A stretch of 64,000 nucleotides of DNA from an uncultured Rhabdochlamydiaceae bacterium (GTDB lineage Bacteria; Chlamydiota; Chlamydiia; Chlamydiales; Rhabdochlamydiaceae): NCBI GenBank assembly GCA_963712275.1, contig CAVQHD010000001.1:128001-192000 (forward strand), in the 5' to 3' direction. The notes under the pieces are model-generated. The model was not told the origin of the DNA, did no database searches, and saw nothing but the letters and a program-made list of their open reading frames with translations. Within the stretch, counting starts at the first letter, position 1. Each line of letters starts with the position of its first letter. Shown in pieces: positions 20,905 to 31,187 of this stretch. The position numbers were made by a program, and so were the translations under genes.

Positions 20905-21903
20905 ATGCAGATTGGGTATTTTGGTGCTGGTACGTGGGGATTTAGTTTAGCCTCTCTTCTTGCCTCTAAGGGATATCGCGTGATTTTGTGGGGTCAGAAT
21001 GAATCGGAGATTAAGCAGCTCGAGCAAACTCGATACCACCCTAAACTTCCAGGCTATCGTGCAGATGACGGCGTTGTTTTTACAACCCAATTTTCCGAAG
21101 CCTTGACAGGAGCTGACTTCATCGTTGAATCAGTGACAACAAAAGGAATTAGACCTGTCTTTCAAAAAATCGTCGAAATGGGTGGAACAAAAAGCCCAAT
21201 TGTAGTGACCTCAAAGGGAATTGAACAAAATAGTTGTCTCTTGCTCCCTGAAGTCGTCTTAGACGTTTTAGGAGAAGGGTGCCGCCCTCAAATTGGTTGC
21301 ATTAGCGGTCCAAGCCATGCAGAGGAACTCGTTCAAAAGCTTCCAACCGCTATTGTCGCCTCTGCCTACGACCCCCCGCTCATCTCAAAAATCCACGATC
21401 TCTTTTCAACCCCTTTCTTTCGAATTTATCCTAACACAGACATCAATGGAGTCGCCTTTGGCGGGGCAATGAAAAATATCATTGCAATTGCCTGTGGAAT
21501 TTCAGATGGCCTAGGGTTCGGGGATAATACCAAGGCAGCCCTGATGACGCGAGGGCTTCACGAAATGGGAAAACTCTCTGCTGTAAAAAAAGCAAAAAGT
21601 GAGACTTTGAGTGGGCTTTCCGGATTAGGGGATCTGTGCGTGACGTGTCTTTCCGAGCACAGTCGTAATTCTAGATTCGGACGGTACATAGGCCAGGGCC
21701 TTTCATTGCAGGAGGCTCTTAAAAAAACAGGAATGGTCGTCGAAGGGGTTGATACCTGTTTAGCAGCTTTTCAGCTTGCCCAAGAGGCTCAAGTCGAGGT
21801 TCCTATCACAACAGCCATCCATGCTATTCTCTATAAGAAAATGAACCCAAGGGATGCAGTTCAACAACTCCTTCAACGCGCTATTAAAGAAGAACACGAA
21901 TGA
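20905..21903 (+). CDS. gpsA: NAD(P)H-dependent glycerol-3-phosphate dehydrogenase
   Basis: GAGTWG, SGPSHAEE, GAMKNIIAIACG and GLGDL..TC.S.HSRN motifs. Confidence 0.95.
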   Translation: MQIGYFGAGTWGFSLASLLASKGYRVILWGQNESEIKQLEQTRYHPKLPGYRADDGVVFTTQFSEALTGADFIVESVTTKGIRPVFQKIVEMGGTKSPIVVTSKGIEQNSCLLLPEVVLDVLGEGCRPQIGCISGPSHAEELVQKLPTAIVASAYDPPLISKIHDLFSTPFFRIYPNTDINGVAFGGAMKNIIAIACGISDGLGFGDNTKAALMTRGLHEMGKLSAVKKAKSETLSGLSGLGDLCVTCLSEHSRNSRFGRYIGQGLSLQEALKKTGMVVEGVDTCLAAFQLAQEAQVEVPITTAIHAILYKKMNPRDAVQQLLQRAIKEEHE

Positions 21904-23378
21904 TTCAAGGAACAAAAATTGTCGCCTGTGAAGAGATGGAGCGACTTGAAAAGCTCGCCATTCTAGCGGACCTTTCGATTGAAGAGCTGATGAACCGAGC
22001 CGCTGAGGCTCTTGCATCGATCATTGAAGATTGGTTTAAAATTTCTCATGCCCCTCCCAATGTAACCCTTCTGGTAGGAAAAGGAAATAAGGGAGGAGAC
22101 GCCCTTTCTACCGGCGCGCTCCTTTTAAAGAGGGGATTTAACGTTACTGCCTTTCTTGTCTACCCTCAAAGCATGCTCTCTTCCCTTTGCCTGGCAAGAC
22201 TGCGTCAGTTTGAGCAAGTTGGAGGTATTATCCACCACTTTCACCTAGGAAAAAGATGTTCCGATCCATTTATTATCGATGGAATCGCAGGGACAGGTTT
22301 TCATGGGACTCCCGACGAGCCGATGAAGGCCGCAATCGAATGGGCAAATACCCAGGAGGCTGCCCTTTTAGCTATTGATCTTCCTTCAGGTCTTGATGGT
22401 ACAACAGGAGTTGTGGAGTCTGTTGCAATTCAAGCAACTCTGACTTGCTGTTTAGGTTTGCCTAAAATCGGATGTTTTATCGGGCAAGGATGGGATCATG
22501 CTGGAGAGCTTCTCATAGAGGATATCGGGATCCCTCATGATATCATCTCCCAAGGAGCAGCCACAGCTCTTCTCCTGAAAAAAGAATCACTCCAGCTCCC
22601 GCCGCTTGTCCGAACAAGGCATAAATATGAAGCAGGCTATGTGATAGGCCTTAGCGGCTCGCCTGAAATGCCAGGAGCCGCTGCTCTTTCATCTCTTGCA
22701 GCACTACGTACAGGGGCCGGTATTGTCCGCCTTTTTACACTGCCTGAAACTCCCCGCACCCATTTTGCTCCTGAAGTGATTTGCGAAACAGCCGACCTTT
22801 CTCGCCTTGAAGAAGAAATAGACCGGGCCGACTCTCTTTTTATTGGACCCGGACTTGGACGGTCGTCAAAAGCCCAAACACTTTTTCAAAAACTGCTCCC
22901 CCTTTTGACGAAACCCACCGTTATCGATGGAGATGGTCTTTACCACCTTGCACTTCTATCAAGCTTTTCACTTCCATCGGACTCGATTTTAACACCTCAC
23001 CATCGAGAGATGTCTCGACTTCTAGGAGCGCCTCCAACGCTCGAGAGCTGCCAAAGATGGGTAGAAAAGCATCAGACACTCGTGGTCTTGAAAGGGGCGC
23101 CTACAATTCTCTTTCACCCTGCAAGGCGGCCGCTCATTATCACCACCGGAGATCCAGGAATGGCAACGGCAGGTGCAGGAGATGTCCTCACAGGCATGAT
23201 CGCAGCCCTTCTTGCTCAAAAAACCCCGGGCGATGAGGCAGCCGCCCTTGGCGTCTATCTCCATGGGCGCGCGGGGGAGCTTGCAGCAGACAGCCTCACC
23301 TCTTATGGACTCATCGCCTCAGATTTAATTTCACATCTGCCTGCAGTTTTCAGGGGAATGATCTCTAAGAACCCTTAA
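21900..23378 (+). CDS. nnr: Bifunctional NAD(P)HX epimerase/dehydratase
   Basis: GKGNKGGD, DLPSG, GPGLG, TPHHREM and MATAGAGDVLTG motifs. Confidence 0.92.
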   Translation: MIQGTKIVACEEMERLEKLAILADLSIEELMNRAAEALASIIEDWFKISHAPPNVTLLVGKGNKGGDALSTGALLLKRGFNVTAFLVYPQSMLSSLCLARLRQFEQVGGIIHHFHLGKRCSDPFIIDGIAGTGFHGTPDEPMKAAIEWANTQEAALLAIDLPSGLDGTTGVVESVAIQATLTCCLGLPKIGCFIGQGWDHAGELLIEDIGIPHDIISQGAATALLLKKESLQLPPLVRTRHKYEAGYVIGLSGSPEMPGAAALSSLAALRTGAGIVRLFTLPETPRTHFAPEVICETADLSRLEEEIDRADSLFIGPGLGRSSKAQTLFQKLLPLLTKPTVIDGDGLYHLALLSSFSLPSDSILTPHHREMSRLLGAPPTLESCQRWVEKHQTLVVLKGAPTILFHPARRPLIITTGDPGMATAGAGDVLTGMIAALLAQKTPGDEAAALGVYLHGRAGELAADSLTSYGLIASDLISHLPAVFRGMISKNP

Positions 23379-24377
23379 GACAACCGCATAGTGATCGCTT
23401 AAGGAAGCTTTTAAGTTCTCAAGATTAAATGTGAAAATTCTTTCTTGCAAAAAACCTAGATTGGTGTTGCATAGAATATGATCGAAGACGGTCCACGTTG
23501 GCTTGTCCGTTTGCCCTTGCACAATCTCTGTCATGTTGTCGCAGCATGTTGCGTTCTGGTGCCCTGGATGAGCTACAGCATCCTCTTTGAAATTGAAAAA
23601 ATTCACTCTTAGAAGCCTGCGTGCCTCTTCGTCTGCAGCCTCAATGTTAAAATCCCCCAGTAAATAAGTCCGTTTTTTAGCGAGTGTCTTCATATGGTCT
23701 AAAATCGCTTGAATTTCCTTGGCACGAATGGCTCCCTGCTCAGCGTGCGGATCGAGATGAGTTGCGATCACATGGCACTGTTCTAGCTCTGCGACGAAAA
23801 ATCCTCTTCGAATGCCTGTCTGCATGCCGGGAATGTTAAAAGGAATGAACTGAGGATCTTTTTCAAGGGGCATTTTCGACGCAAAAAAGAGGGCGCTTTC
23901 CATGCGGAATGGATTGGGCCCGATTCGATAATAGAAGAAAGGATAAAGATCTTTGATCTTGTCTATCAACCCCACTGCCGGATCAAAAGCCATCTCTTGC
24001 AGGCAAACGATATCGGCATTTTGGGCTTTAATAAGATTTGCGACGCCATCCATCCTGTGGCTTGCGGGGGACTGCCCTCCAAAAAGGTAGGGAAGGCCTC
24101 CCTGGAACATACAGACATTAAACGTGAGAAATATCTTAGGCGCTTCATTGGAGATCGGAGCTGAACTTTTGTAGGATAAATACGGAAAATAGCGCGCGGA
24201 AAACAGATTTAGCGACTCTGCCACAATAGAAAAGGGGGCCGAAAAAACCATACCTACAGCACCAAAGACCTTAGAGGCTGTCCCTATCCACCCTTTCCCT
24301 GGAGTGAAGAGGAACTCAGAGGCTCTCCAAAGCGGCTTGTTGAGATAACGGATTGTTTCCGTGAGTAAACTCATCAT
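23331..24377 (-). CDS. Endonuclease/exonuclease/phosphatase family protein (sphingomyelinase-like)
   Basis: TFNV, DIVCLQE, THL, GDFNI, DHI and SDHYAV motifs. ATGA overlap with the epimerase stop. Confidence 0.82.
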   Translation of the reverse strand: MMSLLTETIRYLNKPLWRASEFLFTPGKGWIGTASKVFGAVGMVFSAPFSIVAESLNLFSARYFPYLSYKSSAPISNEAPKIFLTFNVCMFQGGLPYLFGGQSPASHRMDGVANLIKAQNADIVCLQEMAFDPAVGLIDKIKDLYPFFYYRIGPNPFRMESALFFASKMPLEKDPQFIPFNIPGMQTGIRRGFFVAELEQCHVIATHLDPHAEQGAIRAKEIQAILDHMKTLAKKRTYLLGDFNIEAADEEARRLLRVNFFNFKEDAVAHPGHQNATCCDNMTEIVQGQTDKPTWTVFDHILCNTNLGFLQERIFTFNLENLKASLSDHYAVVLRVLRDHSPENCRQM

Positions 24378-25321
24378 ATTCTCCTTTTCATATACCAACT
24401 TAAAAAATGATCGAGCCCTTCTTCAAGAGAAGTTTGGGGGTTAAACCCTAAATGCGCTCGGCTTTTAGAAATATCGGCATAGGTGATGAGCGCCTCGCCT
24501 CGCTGTGCAGGAAGCAGCTCGAGGCGTGCCTTTTTTCCCAACTTTTCCTCAAGCAGATGCACAAGCTTTAAAACCTCTTCTGGTTGATGGTTGCCCAAAT
24601 TGAAAATCTCACAAGAGCAAGATCGATCAATCGCAGCAATCGTACCTCGGATGATATCGTCAATGTACGTAAAATCCCGCTTCATCTGCCCATTGTTATA
24701 GATTTGAATAGCAGTTCCTTGCATGATCGCATCCGTAAATGAAAAATAAGCCATATCAGGCCTGCCCCAAGGACCATAAACAGTAAAAAATCGAAGACCC
24801 GTGACAGAGATTCCAAAAAGGTGGTGGTAGGCATGCGCCATCAATTCATTCGATTTTTTGGTGGCCCCATACAGATTTGAAGGGGTATCGGTTCGATCTG
24901 ATTCAGCAAACGGGATTTTTTGATTAAGCCCATAAACTGAGGATGAAGAGGCGTAAATGAGCGGGATGTGAGAGTGCCGCCGAATGAGTTCTAAGATTTG
25001 AAGAAACCCAACTAGGTTCGCATCACAATAACTCTGAGGATTGGCTTTCGAGTAACGGACGCCTGCCTGGGCCGCCAGATGCACAACATGTGTAATATGA
25101 AACTTCTTTAAAATCTCTTCTAAAGCATTGAAATCTCGAATGTCGGCTTCAATGACTTGCGCCCCCAGCTCTCTGAGAAGCTGAGCGCGTTGCCATTTCA
25201 ACCCAGGATCATAATACGGATTGAAATTATCGCATCCGACAACAACATCTCCCCTTTGAAGGAGAGTTTGAGCAAGATGAAACCCGATGAAGCCTGCGAT
25301 TCCTGTAATAAAAATGTTCAT
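24374..25321 (-). CDS. NAD-dependent epimerase (UDP-glucuronate 4-epimerase-like)
   Basis: GIAGFIG, HLAAQAGVRYS, YGATKK and FFTVYGPWGRPDMA motifs. Confidence 0.9.
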   Translation of the reverse strand: MNIFITGIAGFIGFHLAQTLLQRGDVVVGCDNFNPYYDPGLKWQRAQLLRELGAQVIEADIRDFNALEEILKKFHITHVVHLAAQAGVRYSKANPQSYCDANLVGFLQILELIRRHSHIPLIYASSSSVYGLNQKIPFAESDRTDTPSNLYGATKKSNELMAHAYHHLFGISVTGLRFFTVYGPWGRPDMAYFSFTDAIMQGTAIQIYNNGQMKRDFTYIDDIIRGTIAAIDRSCSCEIFNLGNHQPEEVLKLVHLLEEKLGKKARLELLPAQRGEALITYADISKSRAHLGFNPQTSLEEGLDHFLSWYMKRRI

Positions 25322-25362
25322 TGCAAAAAAACTGTTTTAAGAGTAAAAATAAGTTCTTTTTT

Positions 25363-26427
25363 ATGAAGAGAATTATACCATTTCTTTTGTTAATTGACAC
25401 TCTTTTATTCCTTTCCTCTTGTGGTAGAGCCCCTTATGCCAGTTCGGACCTTGTCGGCGCTGACGAATTTGTGATGGATTCCTACAAAATACGACAAGGA
25501 AAATTTTCAATTTTGCAACTAGAAGGGAAAGACTTCATTGAGCTCTCCTCAGAACTGCTTCAAGAATATCCCGATGTGCTTCAAGATGGAGATGTTCTCT
25601 CCATTGCTCTTTTTCATCCAACTCGCTCTGATCTTAGTGCAGCTACTACCGCCTTAAGCCATTCAATTGGGTTTCTCGTTCAAGGAGGAGCCATCCGGCT
25701 GCCTGATTTAGAGCCAATTCCTGTCGCTGCATTGACTTTAGAGCAAGCAGCAAAGAAAATCGAGCAGGCGTACTCTAGCGAGATTCAAGATGTTCAGATC
25801 TTTTTGGGGTACCGAGACCGCCTGGAGCGAAAAGTAGAGCTCGCAGGCCTTGTCTCTACACCCTCCATTCCAGTCGATGGGAAAATCCGTCTGTTTGAAG
25901 TACTCGCTAAAGCAAAAGTTCCCCCTCAAGCCAATCTTTTCAAGAGTTACATGGTCCGGGAGGGCGAAATGGTCCCCGTCGATTTCTATAAGCTTCTTAA
26001 AGAAGGCGATATGTCCCAAAATGTGGTCATGCGAGGCTGCGATAAAGTGTATGTTGCAGACCCTTCTGCCTCAACCCTCATGGTGCTAGGGGAGGTTGGG
26101 AAAGAAAAACTTGTCGATATCCCGAACGGTTTTATGACTCTTCGACAAGCGATTGCCGAAGCTGGTGGCATTCCTTATACAGGCAACAAATCGTATATCC
26201 AGGTGATCCGCGGCAATGTCTTGCATCCAAAGATTTACACCTTAACGTGGGATCATATGATTCACCTACCATCAGAAAGCCTTCTTCTCATCCCTGGAGA
26301 TATTGTCTACGTGGCAGCTACCCCTATCGCCGAATGGAACCGTTTCATGTCACAGCTTCTTCCCACCTTTGTCAACATCGACCTCATCACAAAAGGGATC
26401 AAAAGCGTAGGAGTCAATGTACCATGA
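25363..26427 (+). CDS. Polysaccharide export lipoprotein (Wza-like)
   Basis: Lipobox LSSC, Poly_export and SLBB repeats, and the C-terminal PGDIVYV...WNRFMSQLLPT segment. Confidence 0.85.
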   Translation: MKRIIPFLLLIDTLLFLSSCGRAPYASSDLVGADEFVMDSYKIRQGKFSILQLEGKDFIELSSELLQEYPDVLQDGDVLSIALFHPTRSDLSAATTALSHSIGFLVQGGAIRLPDLEPIPVAALTLEQAAKKIEQAYSSEIQDVQIFLGYRDRLERKVELAGLVSTPSIPVDGKIRLFEVLAKAKVPPQANLFKSYMVREGEMVPVDFYKLLKEGDMSQNVVMRGCDKVYVADPSASTLMVLGEVGKEKLVDIPNGFMTLRQAIAEAGGIPYTGNKSYIQVIRGNVLHPKIYTLTWDHMIHLPSESLLLIPGDIVYVAATPIAEWNRFMSQLLPTFVNIDLITKGIKSVGVNVP

Positions 26428-29249
26428 TTTTCTCTTGGGATGATTTAAAACGTCTTTTAAAGCAGAAGCAAAGCCAAATTGTACGATGGAGCGCTCTCTT
26501 AGCCGCGATCACTTTTCTCATTTCAATTTCTACGCCGCCCCAATTTGAAGCGTGGGCAACTTTCAAGCAGTCCTCTTCTCGTACAGACCAAAGTATTGAT
26601 TTAAAAAATCTCATTCGAACTTTTTCATCGGGCACTGCTGAAGGGAATTCCAGCACTTTTATGCTCTCCGATACTGTGCTGGGCAAAGTTGTTCAGCAGC
26701 TGGGACTCCAAATCAAACTAAGCAAAGAATCTGGGTGGAAGTCTCTTCTGCAACCGATTTTCAAAAATGCTCTTATAGCCCTCAAGGTAGGAAACATCGA
26801 AGAAGAGCTTCCCCGTTTTTCATCTGTGATTTACAAAGGTGAAAAGGGTCTTACACTGAAACTGCGGAGACTCTCTGATACAGATTATATACTCTTTGAT
26901 GCCAAGAACTCTCGTTTAGCCCAAGGAACTATTGGACAGCCTCTGATTTCAGATACTTTTCAATTCACTTTAGAATACTTCCCTTCTTCCCTCCCAAAAG
27001 AGATCACTCTGACTCTTTCTCCCCTTCAAGCAGCCTCCTCTCTGCTCAGACAAAAGATGACGATCAAGCCGACCCGCGAAGACCGAACTCTGCTTATGAT
27101 TAAATGTCGAGATCCTCATAGGCAATTATGCGCTGAGATCGTTAATACACTCATGTCAATGTACGAAAGGTATCTTCTTGAAGAAAATCAACTCATTATC
27201 GGAGCTCAACTCTCTTATTTAAAGCAGCGGCAGGAAGAGCTCAGCACAAAATTTGATCAAGACATCCAAGACCATGCAAAACTGCTCAAACAAAATCTTC
27301 AATCTCAAGGTTTTTTAGGGATCAAAGATGAAATGGAATTCATCCTTGGATCCCTTCAAACACACCAAGTCCGTCTTGATGAAGTCGAACTAAACCTTCG
27401 GCAAATCGAATACCATTTAGAAAAAACAACCCTTTCTGCAAAGCAAGACAAAAACGAGACCGTTCTCGTCGAGCGTTACTCCACACTTCTTGCAGAGCAG
27501 GTGAGCACTGCAAGAGAACTCTTGAATCAAGTCCATCGGAAAGAAAAGCTCACTGCCTTTTCTACCTTAGAACACCTCTACCCGATCGGTGAAGAGTTTA
27601 ACCAAGCCCTTCACAGCTGGAAATTATCAGGTGAGGAGCTCCCTTTCCAACATAAACAGCAAGAAGTCGCAGCTGTACTTCACGATTTATTGGAACATCT
27701 CGCGACACGGCAGCAAGCTCTTCGTCAAGGAGGAGAGCTCATTCAATCTCTCGAAAGCAATTTAACCGGAATCAGCTTAGAATCTGCCAGACACTTATTT
27801 GACCATTACAGCACACAATTTGACGATCTCCATGCCCAGCTCAAGCAAATCGTATTTATTCGCGACCACCTCTTTGATCCCCATTTCGAAATCAGCACTC
27901 TTTCGAACATCCTTTCCGACCCTGTCACGCAACAGTTAGTCCAGAGATCGAGTGATTTGGAAGCGCAGCTCTGCGACAATCTGAACCGGTCCATGAAAGA
28001 TCGGGAGAGATTAAAAATAACCGTTGGAATTCACAAACGGTTTTTAGAATCCCATCTTGAGCAAACACTTGAGCTCGGAAAAGTCCGCATGGGGCTTATC
28101 AAAGAAAAACTCTCCTCCATTTACACCGTTATGAAAACACTTTTGGAGCAAGAGAGAGAAGCGCTGAAGGGAAAAATTGCCGAGCTCAAAGAAACAATGG
28201 AATCTCTCCCTAATCTTTGGGTTCATGAAAATCGACTTAAATTTAGAGCCGATCTCACAAAAGGAATGATGGAAGGCCTTGTCCACATCACAGAAGCAAA
28301 AAACCTTTCCCATTACCTTTATCAAGTGGAGTCTAGACCGCTTGATAAAGCCTATGCCCCTCTAATACCTCTTCGCTCCCTTCACCTAGTCAAAACCGCT
28401 CTTATATTTGCCTTCGGGGTAATTGGACTCTCTTTTCTATTGATCATCCAGTCACTGATCCGTGGACTTCCTGTTACCTTGACAACTCTCAAAGAACTTG
28501 GAACCCATACCTGTGGCCTTCTCTCTTTTCAATCTCCTTTAACGCTTGAATCTCTGCAAGGCTCCGATCATGAGACAATCAGACGCATGGCCGCTTTCCT
28601 TATGGAAAGTTCTGCAGAAGAATACCCAAACAACTTGAAAAGTTGGGATTTTGACAAGGAGGCTCCCCAAATTTTTTGTCCGGAGCGAGGGACTGTGTTC
28701 ATAGACACATCCCAAAGTGAGGACGAAAAATCTGGGGCAAAGCCGACACAGTCAAAAACCAACTTTTTAAGTTGTTTGGGTATAGTTGTGGCTATCATTG
28801 GGGAGCGGCAAACAAAATTCTTTCCTGCCTTGACAGCTCTTTTGAAAAAATACCATCGCACCAGTTGTGTGATCGATTGCAGTTTCGGAAAAATTGTTTC
28901 TAAAGACGATGAACCAGGCCTTTTTCAAACGTTAAATGGAACCCCCTGGGCAACCTGTTTACGCTCTCACTCCTCTTACGATTTTCTCCCTGTGGGAGAG
29001 TCTTCAACGGAAAGCGTTGAACTTTTAAAATCGGACTCTTTTCAAAAGCTCTTAAGCAATTTATCCAGCCGGTATAACTACCTCTTTATCCTCTCGCGAA
29101 CATCTGCCGATTCGTTAGAAGCAGAAGCCCTTTTAGATTTAAGCCAATCCGCAATTATTGTGGCAGAAACATCGCTCCATTCCCTTCAAGCATCTTTTTC
29201 TCGACAAAAAGAAAAAAAACATGTTACATTTATTCAATATCCAATTTAA
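26424..29249 (+). CDS. Wzc/GumC-like polysaccharide co-polymerase with an in-frame palindromic insertion
   Basis: Two TM segments, a long coiled coil and a degenerate C-terminal kinase-like domain. ATGA coupling to the wza-like gene. Confidence 0.78.
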   Translation: MIFSWDDLKRLLKQKQSQIVRWSALLAAITFLISISTPPQFEAWATFKQSSSRTDQSIDLKNLIRTFSSGTAEGNSSTFMLSDTVLGKVVQQLGLQIKLSKESGWKSLLQPIFKNALIALKVGNIEEELPRFSSVIYKGEKGLTLKLRRLSDTDYILFDAKNSRLAQGTIGQPLISDTFQFTLEYFPSSLPKEITLTLSPLQAASSLLRQKMTIKPTREDRTLLMIKCRDPHRQLCAEIVNTLMSMYERYLLEENQLIIGAQLSYLKQRQEELSTKFDQDIQDHAKLLKQNLQSQGFLGIKDEMEFILGSLQTHQVRLDEVELNLRQIEYHLEKTTLSAKQDKNETVLVERYSTLLAEQVSTARELLNQVHRKEKLTAFSTLEHLYPIGEEFNQALHSWKLSGEELPFQHKQQEVAAVLHDLLEHLATRQQALRQGGELIQSLESNLTGISLESARHLFDHYSTQFDDLHAQLKQIVFIRDHLFDPHFEISTLSNILSDPVTQQLVQRSSDLEAQLCDNLNRSMKDRERLKITVGIHKRFLESHLEQTLELGKVRMGLIKEKLSSIYTVMKTLLEQEREALKGKIAELKETMESLPNLWVHENRLKFRADLTKGMMEGLVHITEAKNLSHYLYQVESRPLDKAYAPLIPLRSLHLVKTALIFAFGVIGLSFLLIIQSLIRGLPVTLTTLKELGTHTCGLLSFQSPLTLESLQGSDHETIRRMAAFLMESSAEEYPNNLKSWDFDKEAPQIFCPERGTVFIDTSQSEDEKSGAKPTQSKTNFLSCLGIVVAIIGERQTKFFPALTALLKKYHRTSCVIDCSFGKIVSKDDEPGLFQTLNGTPWATCLRSHSSYDFLPVGESSTESVELLKSDSFQKLLSNLSSRYNYLFILSRTSADSLEAEALLDLSQSAIIVAETSLHSLQASFSRQKEKKHVTFIQYPI
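28622..28783. mobile_element. Palindromic element family C, translated in frame
   Basis: ATACCCAAACAACTT..AAAGTTGG pairs with CCAACTTT..AAGTTGTTTGGGTAT. Length is 162 bp, or 54 codons. Confidence 0.85.
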
Positions 29250-29267
29250 GCCTTCGAGGTCGCCAAT

Positions 29268-30254
29268 ATGAGACAGTGGTTTTTTGCTCTTCTGGGAATC
29301 ACTTTAACACAGACTCTTTACAGCCGTGAATTCTCTACCCACTATAAGGCTTTTGAAGAAGCCACAACACCTTGGTTCACAGGACCTCTTTTGACCCCTT
29401 CAGGACATGTTGTTCCAGAAGGGCATCAGAACTATGAGCCTTACGTCTACTGGACACAAGCAAAAGGAAATTACGACTCCCACTGGCGCCCCCATTCAGC
29501 CACTCTTTTCAATAATGTCCTGACGCAAATCACGATGCAGCTTGGAGTTCTGCCTGATACAGAATTTGATATGGCTCCTCAATTTGTCTACAACGAAACC
29601 GCAGGAGAGCATATGTGGAGGTACTCTGATCTTCCCATCACGCTTGCGTTTCAAATCTTAAAAAATACCCCTCATTCGTGGTATCCGGCAATCAAGCTCC
29701 GTTTTGCCGCAAATATCCCGATAGGGAAATTCGACAGCTTAAACCCTCTTAAGCTCGGGACCGATGCTGGCGGTGTTGGGAGCTGGCTTCCCAATGTGGG
29801 TCTTGTTTTTTCACGGCTTTTTCATATCACAGGACGCCAATACCTTGCTTCTAGAGCCTTTTTCTCCTACGCTTTCTCTACCCCTGTTGGAGTACGCGGA
29901 CTGAGCGTCTATGGAGGAGCGCCGACTCTCGCAGGAGTTAAAGGAACTCGAGGAACCGTTCATACTGGAAATGTTTTTCTTTTTTTAGCCGGCTTTGAAT
30001 ATTCTTTAACTCAAAACTGGGTTCTTGCCATCGACATCCAATACCAACATAACAATAAACGCCGATTTTCAGGCTATACCCCCGTTGGAACTGCACCAAC
30101 AAGCCCTTCTAAAGAGCTGTTTGCAGTTGCCCCTGCCATTGAATATAACTGGAATGGAAACATCGGTCTGATTGCAGGTCCCTGGCTCACTGTTTCAGGG
30201 CGCAACACTGGGCAGTTCATCAGCTATGTCGTCGCTCTTAACGTTTATCACTAG
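29268..30254 (+). CDS. Putative outer-membrane beta-barrel protein
   Basis: Signal peptide, PWFTGPLL motif and amphipathic aromatic beta-strands. Confidence 0.6.
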   Translation: MRQWFFALLGITLTQTLYSREFSTHYKAFEEATTPWFTGPLLTPSGHVVPEGHQNYEPYVYWTQAKGNYDSHWRPHSATLFNNVLTQITMQLGVLPDTEFDMAPQFVYNETAGEHMWRYSDLPITLAFQILKNTPHSWYPAIKLRFAANIPIGKFDSLNPLKLGTDAGGVGSWLPNVGLVFSRLFHITGRQYLASRAFFSYAFSTPVGVRGLSVYGGAPTLAGVKGTRGTVHTGNVFLFLAGFEYSLTQNWVLAIDIQYQHNNKRRFSGYTPVGTAPTSPSKELFAVAPAIEYNWNGNIGLIAGPWLTVSGRNTGQFISYVVALNVYH

Positions 30255-30426
30255 AGGTAGCTCGCAAAACTCAGGGTTCGTCGATTTTCGGGTTCTTTTG
30301 AACCGATTTTCGATCCAAATTGCGGGGGTAATATACTGAAAGTCGATATTACCCCCGCAATTTGGATCGAAAATCGGTCAAAATAATCCCGAAAATCGAC
30401 GAACCCTGAGTTTTGCGAGCTACCTC
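30254..30426. mobile_element. Palindromic MITE family A, copy A3
   Basis: 173-bp hairpin whose loop is inverted relative to A1 and A2. It overlaps the stop codons of both flanking convergent genes. Confidence 0.9.
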
Positions 30427-31169
30427 TTTATAGCGATGACAGTTGCATGTCGCCCCGATGGTTTTTCTCGTCGATGAGAGAAATAATCTTGGGAGTTGCA
30501 CTGCGTGCAGATTTTTGCAATCTCCAAATGATGCGGTAAAATTCCCGCTTCCATCAATTGCTGGCGAGCCACCTCCCATAAATCAAAATAAAACGGCTTT
30601 GTCTGAAATTCCAAAAACGACTCCGGAAGCTCCGTTTTGTAATTAATAAATTGAGCACAACAAGGCCCTAGGCTCGGAGAAATTCCCACAAAGATATTTT
30701 CAGGCTTACATCCAAACCACCTCTGAAGCTCATTGATCGCTTCCCTGTAGATATTTTGAACATTTCCCCTCCAGCCAGCGTGAACGTTTCCAATAACGTT
30801 TAAAGTCGGATCATAGAAAATAGCCGCTTGACAATCTGCATGTTTAATGAGCAGCCCAAGATCTGGCTGACGTGTCAAAAGCCCATCGCACTGATCTCCT
30901 TCAATACCAAAAGGGACCTCCACAACTCGCGCTCCATGCACTTGATGCCCTCCAACAAGAGATGAACATCCAAGAACCTTTTGAATCAGCGCTCGATTAG
31001 CCTGAATGTTCTGCTCTGTATCTCCTGTCCCTCCGCCTACATTTAAAGTATTGTAAGGAAGAGGACTGACCCCGCCATGCCGCAAAAAGCTGGCATGAAC
31101 AATAGCTCCAAAGTCTTGAAAAAGCTCAAATTCGAGCCATTCGATGCTTTCTCTTTTATGCCTTAACAT
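30420..31169 (-). CDS. pgeF: PgeF/YfiH family protein
   Basis: QVHG, DGL, HADC, HAGWRG, SPSLGPCC and FSHRR motifs. Confidence 0.92.
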   Translation of the reverse strand: MLRHKRESIEWLEFELFQDFGAIVHASFLRHGGVSPLPYNTLNVGGGTGDTEQNIQANRALIQKVLGCSSLVGGHQVHGARVVEVPFGIEGDQCDGLLTRQPDLGLLIKHADCQAAIFYDPTLNVIGNVHAGWRGNVQNIYREAINELQRWFGCKPENIFVGISPSLGPCCAQFINYKTELPESFLEFQTKPFYFDLWEVARQQLMEAGILPHHLEIAKICTQCNSQDYFSHRREKPSGRHATVIAIKR

Positions 31170-31187
31170 TTATGATCCTAACATAGA

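Noticed and set aside
26247..26423. N-terminal extension of the Wzc-like ORF
   Set aside because: It overlaps the wza-like gene. The ATG at 26424 with ATGA coupling is more plausible.
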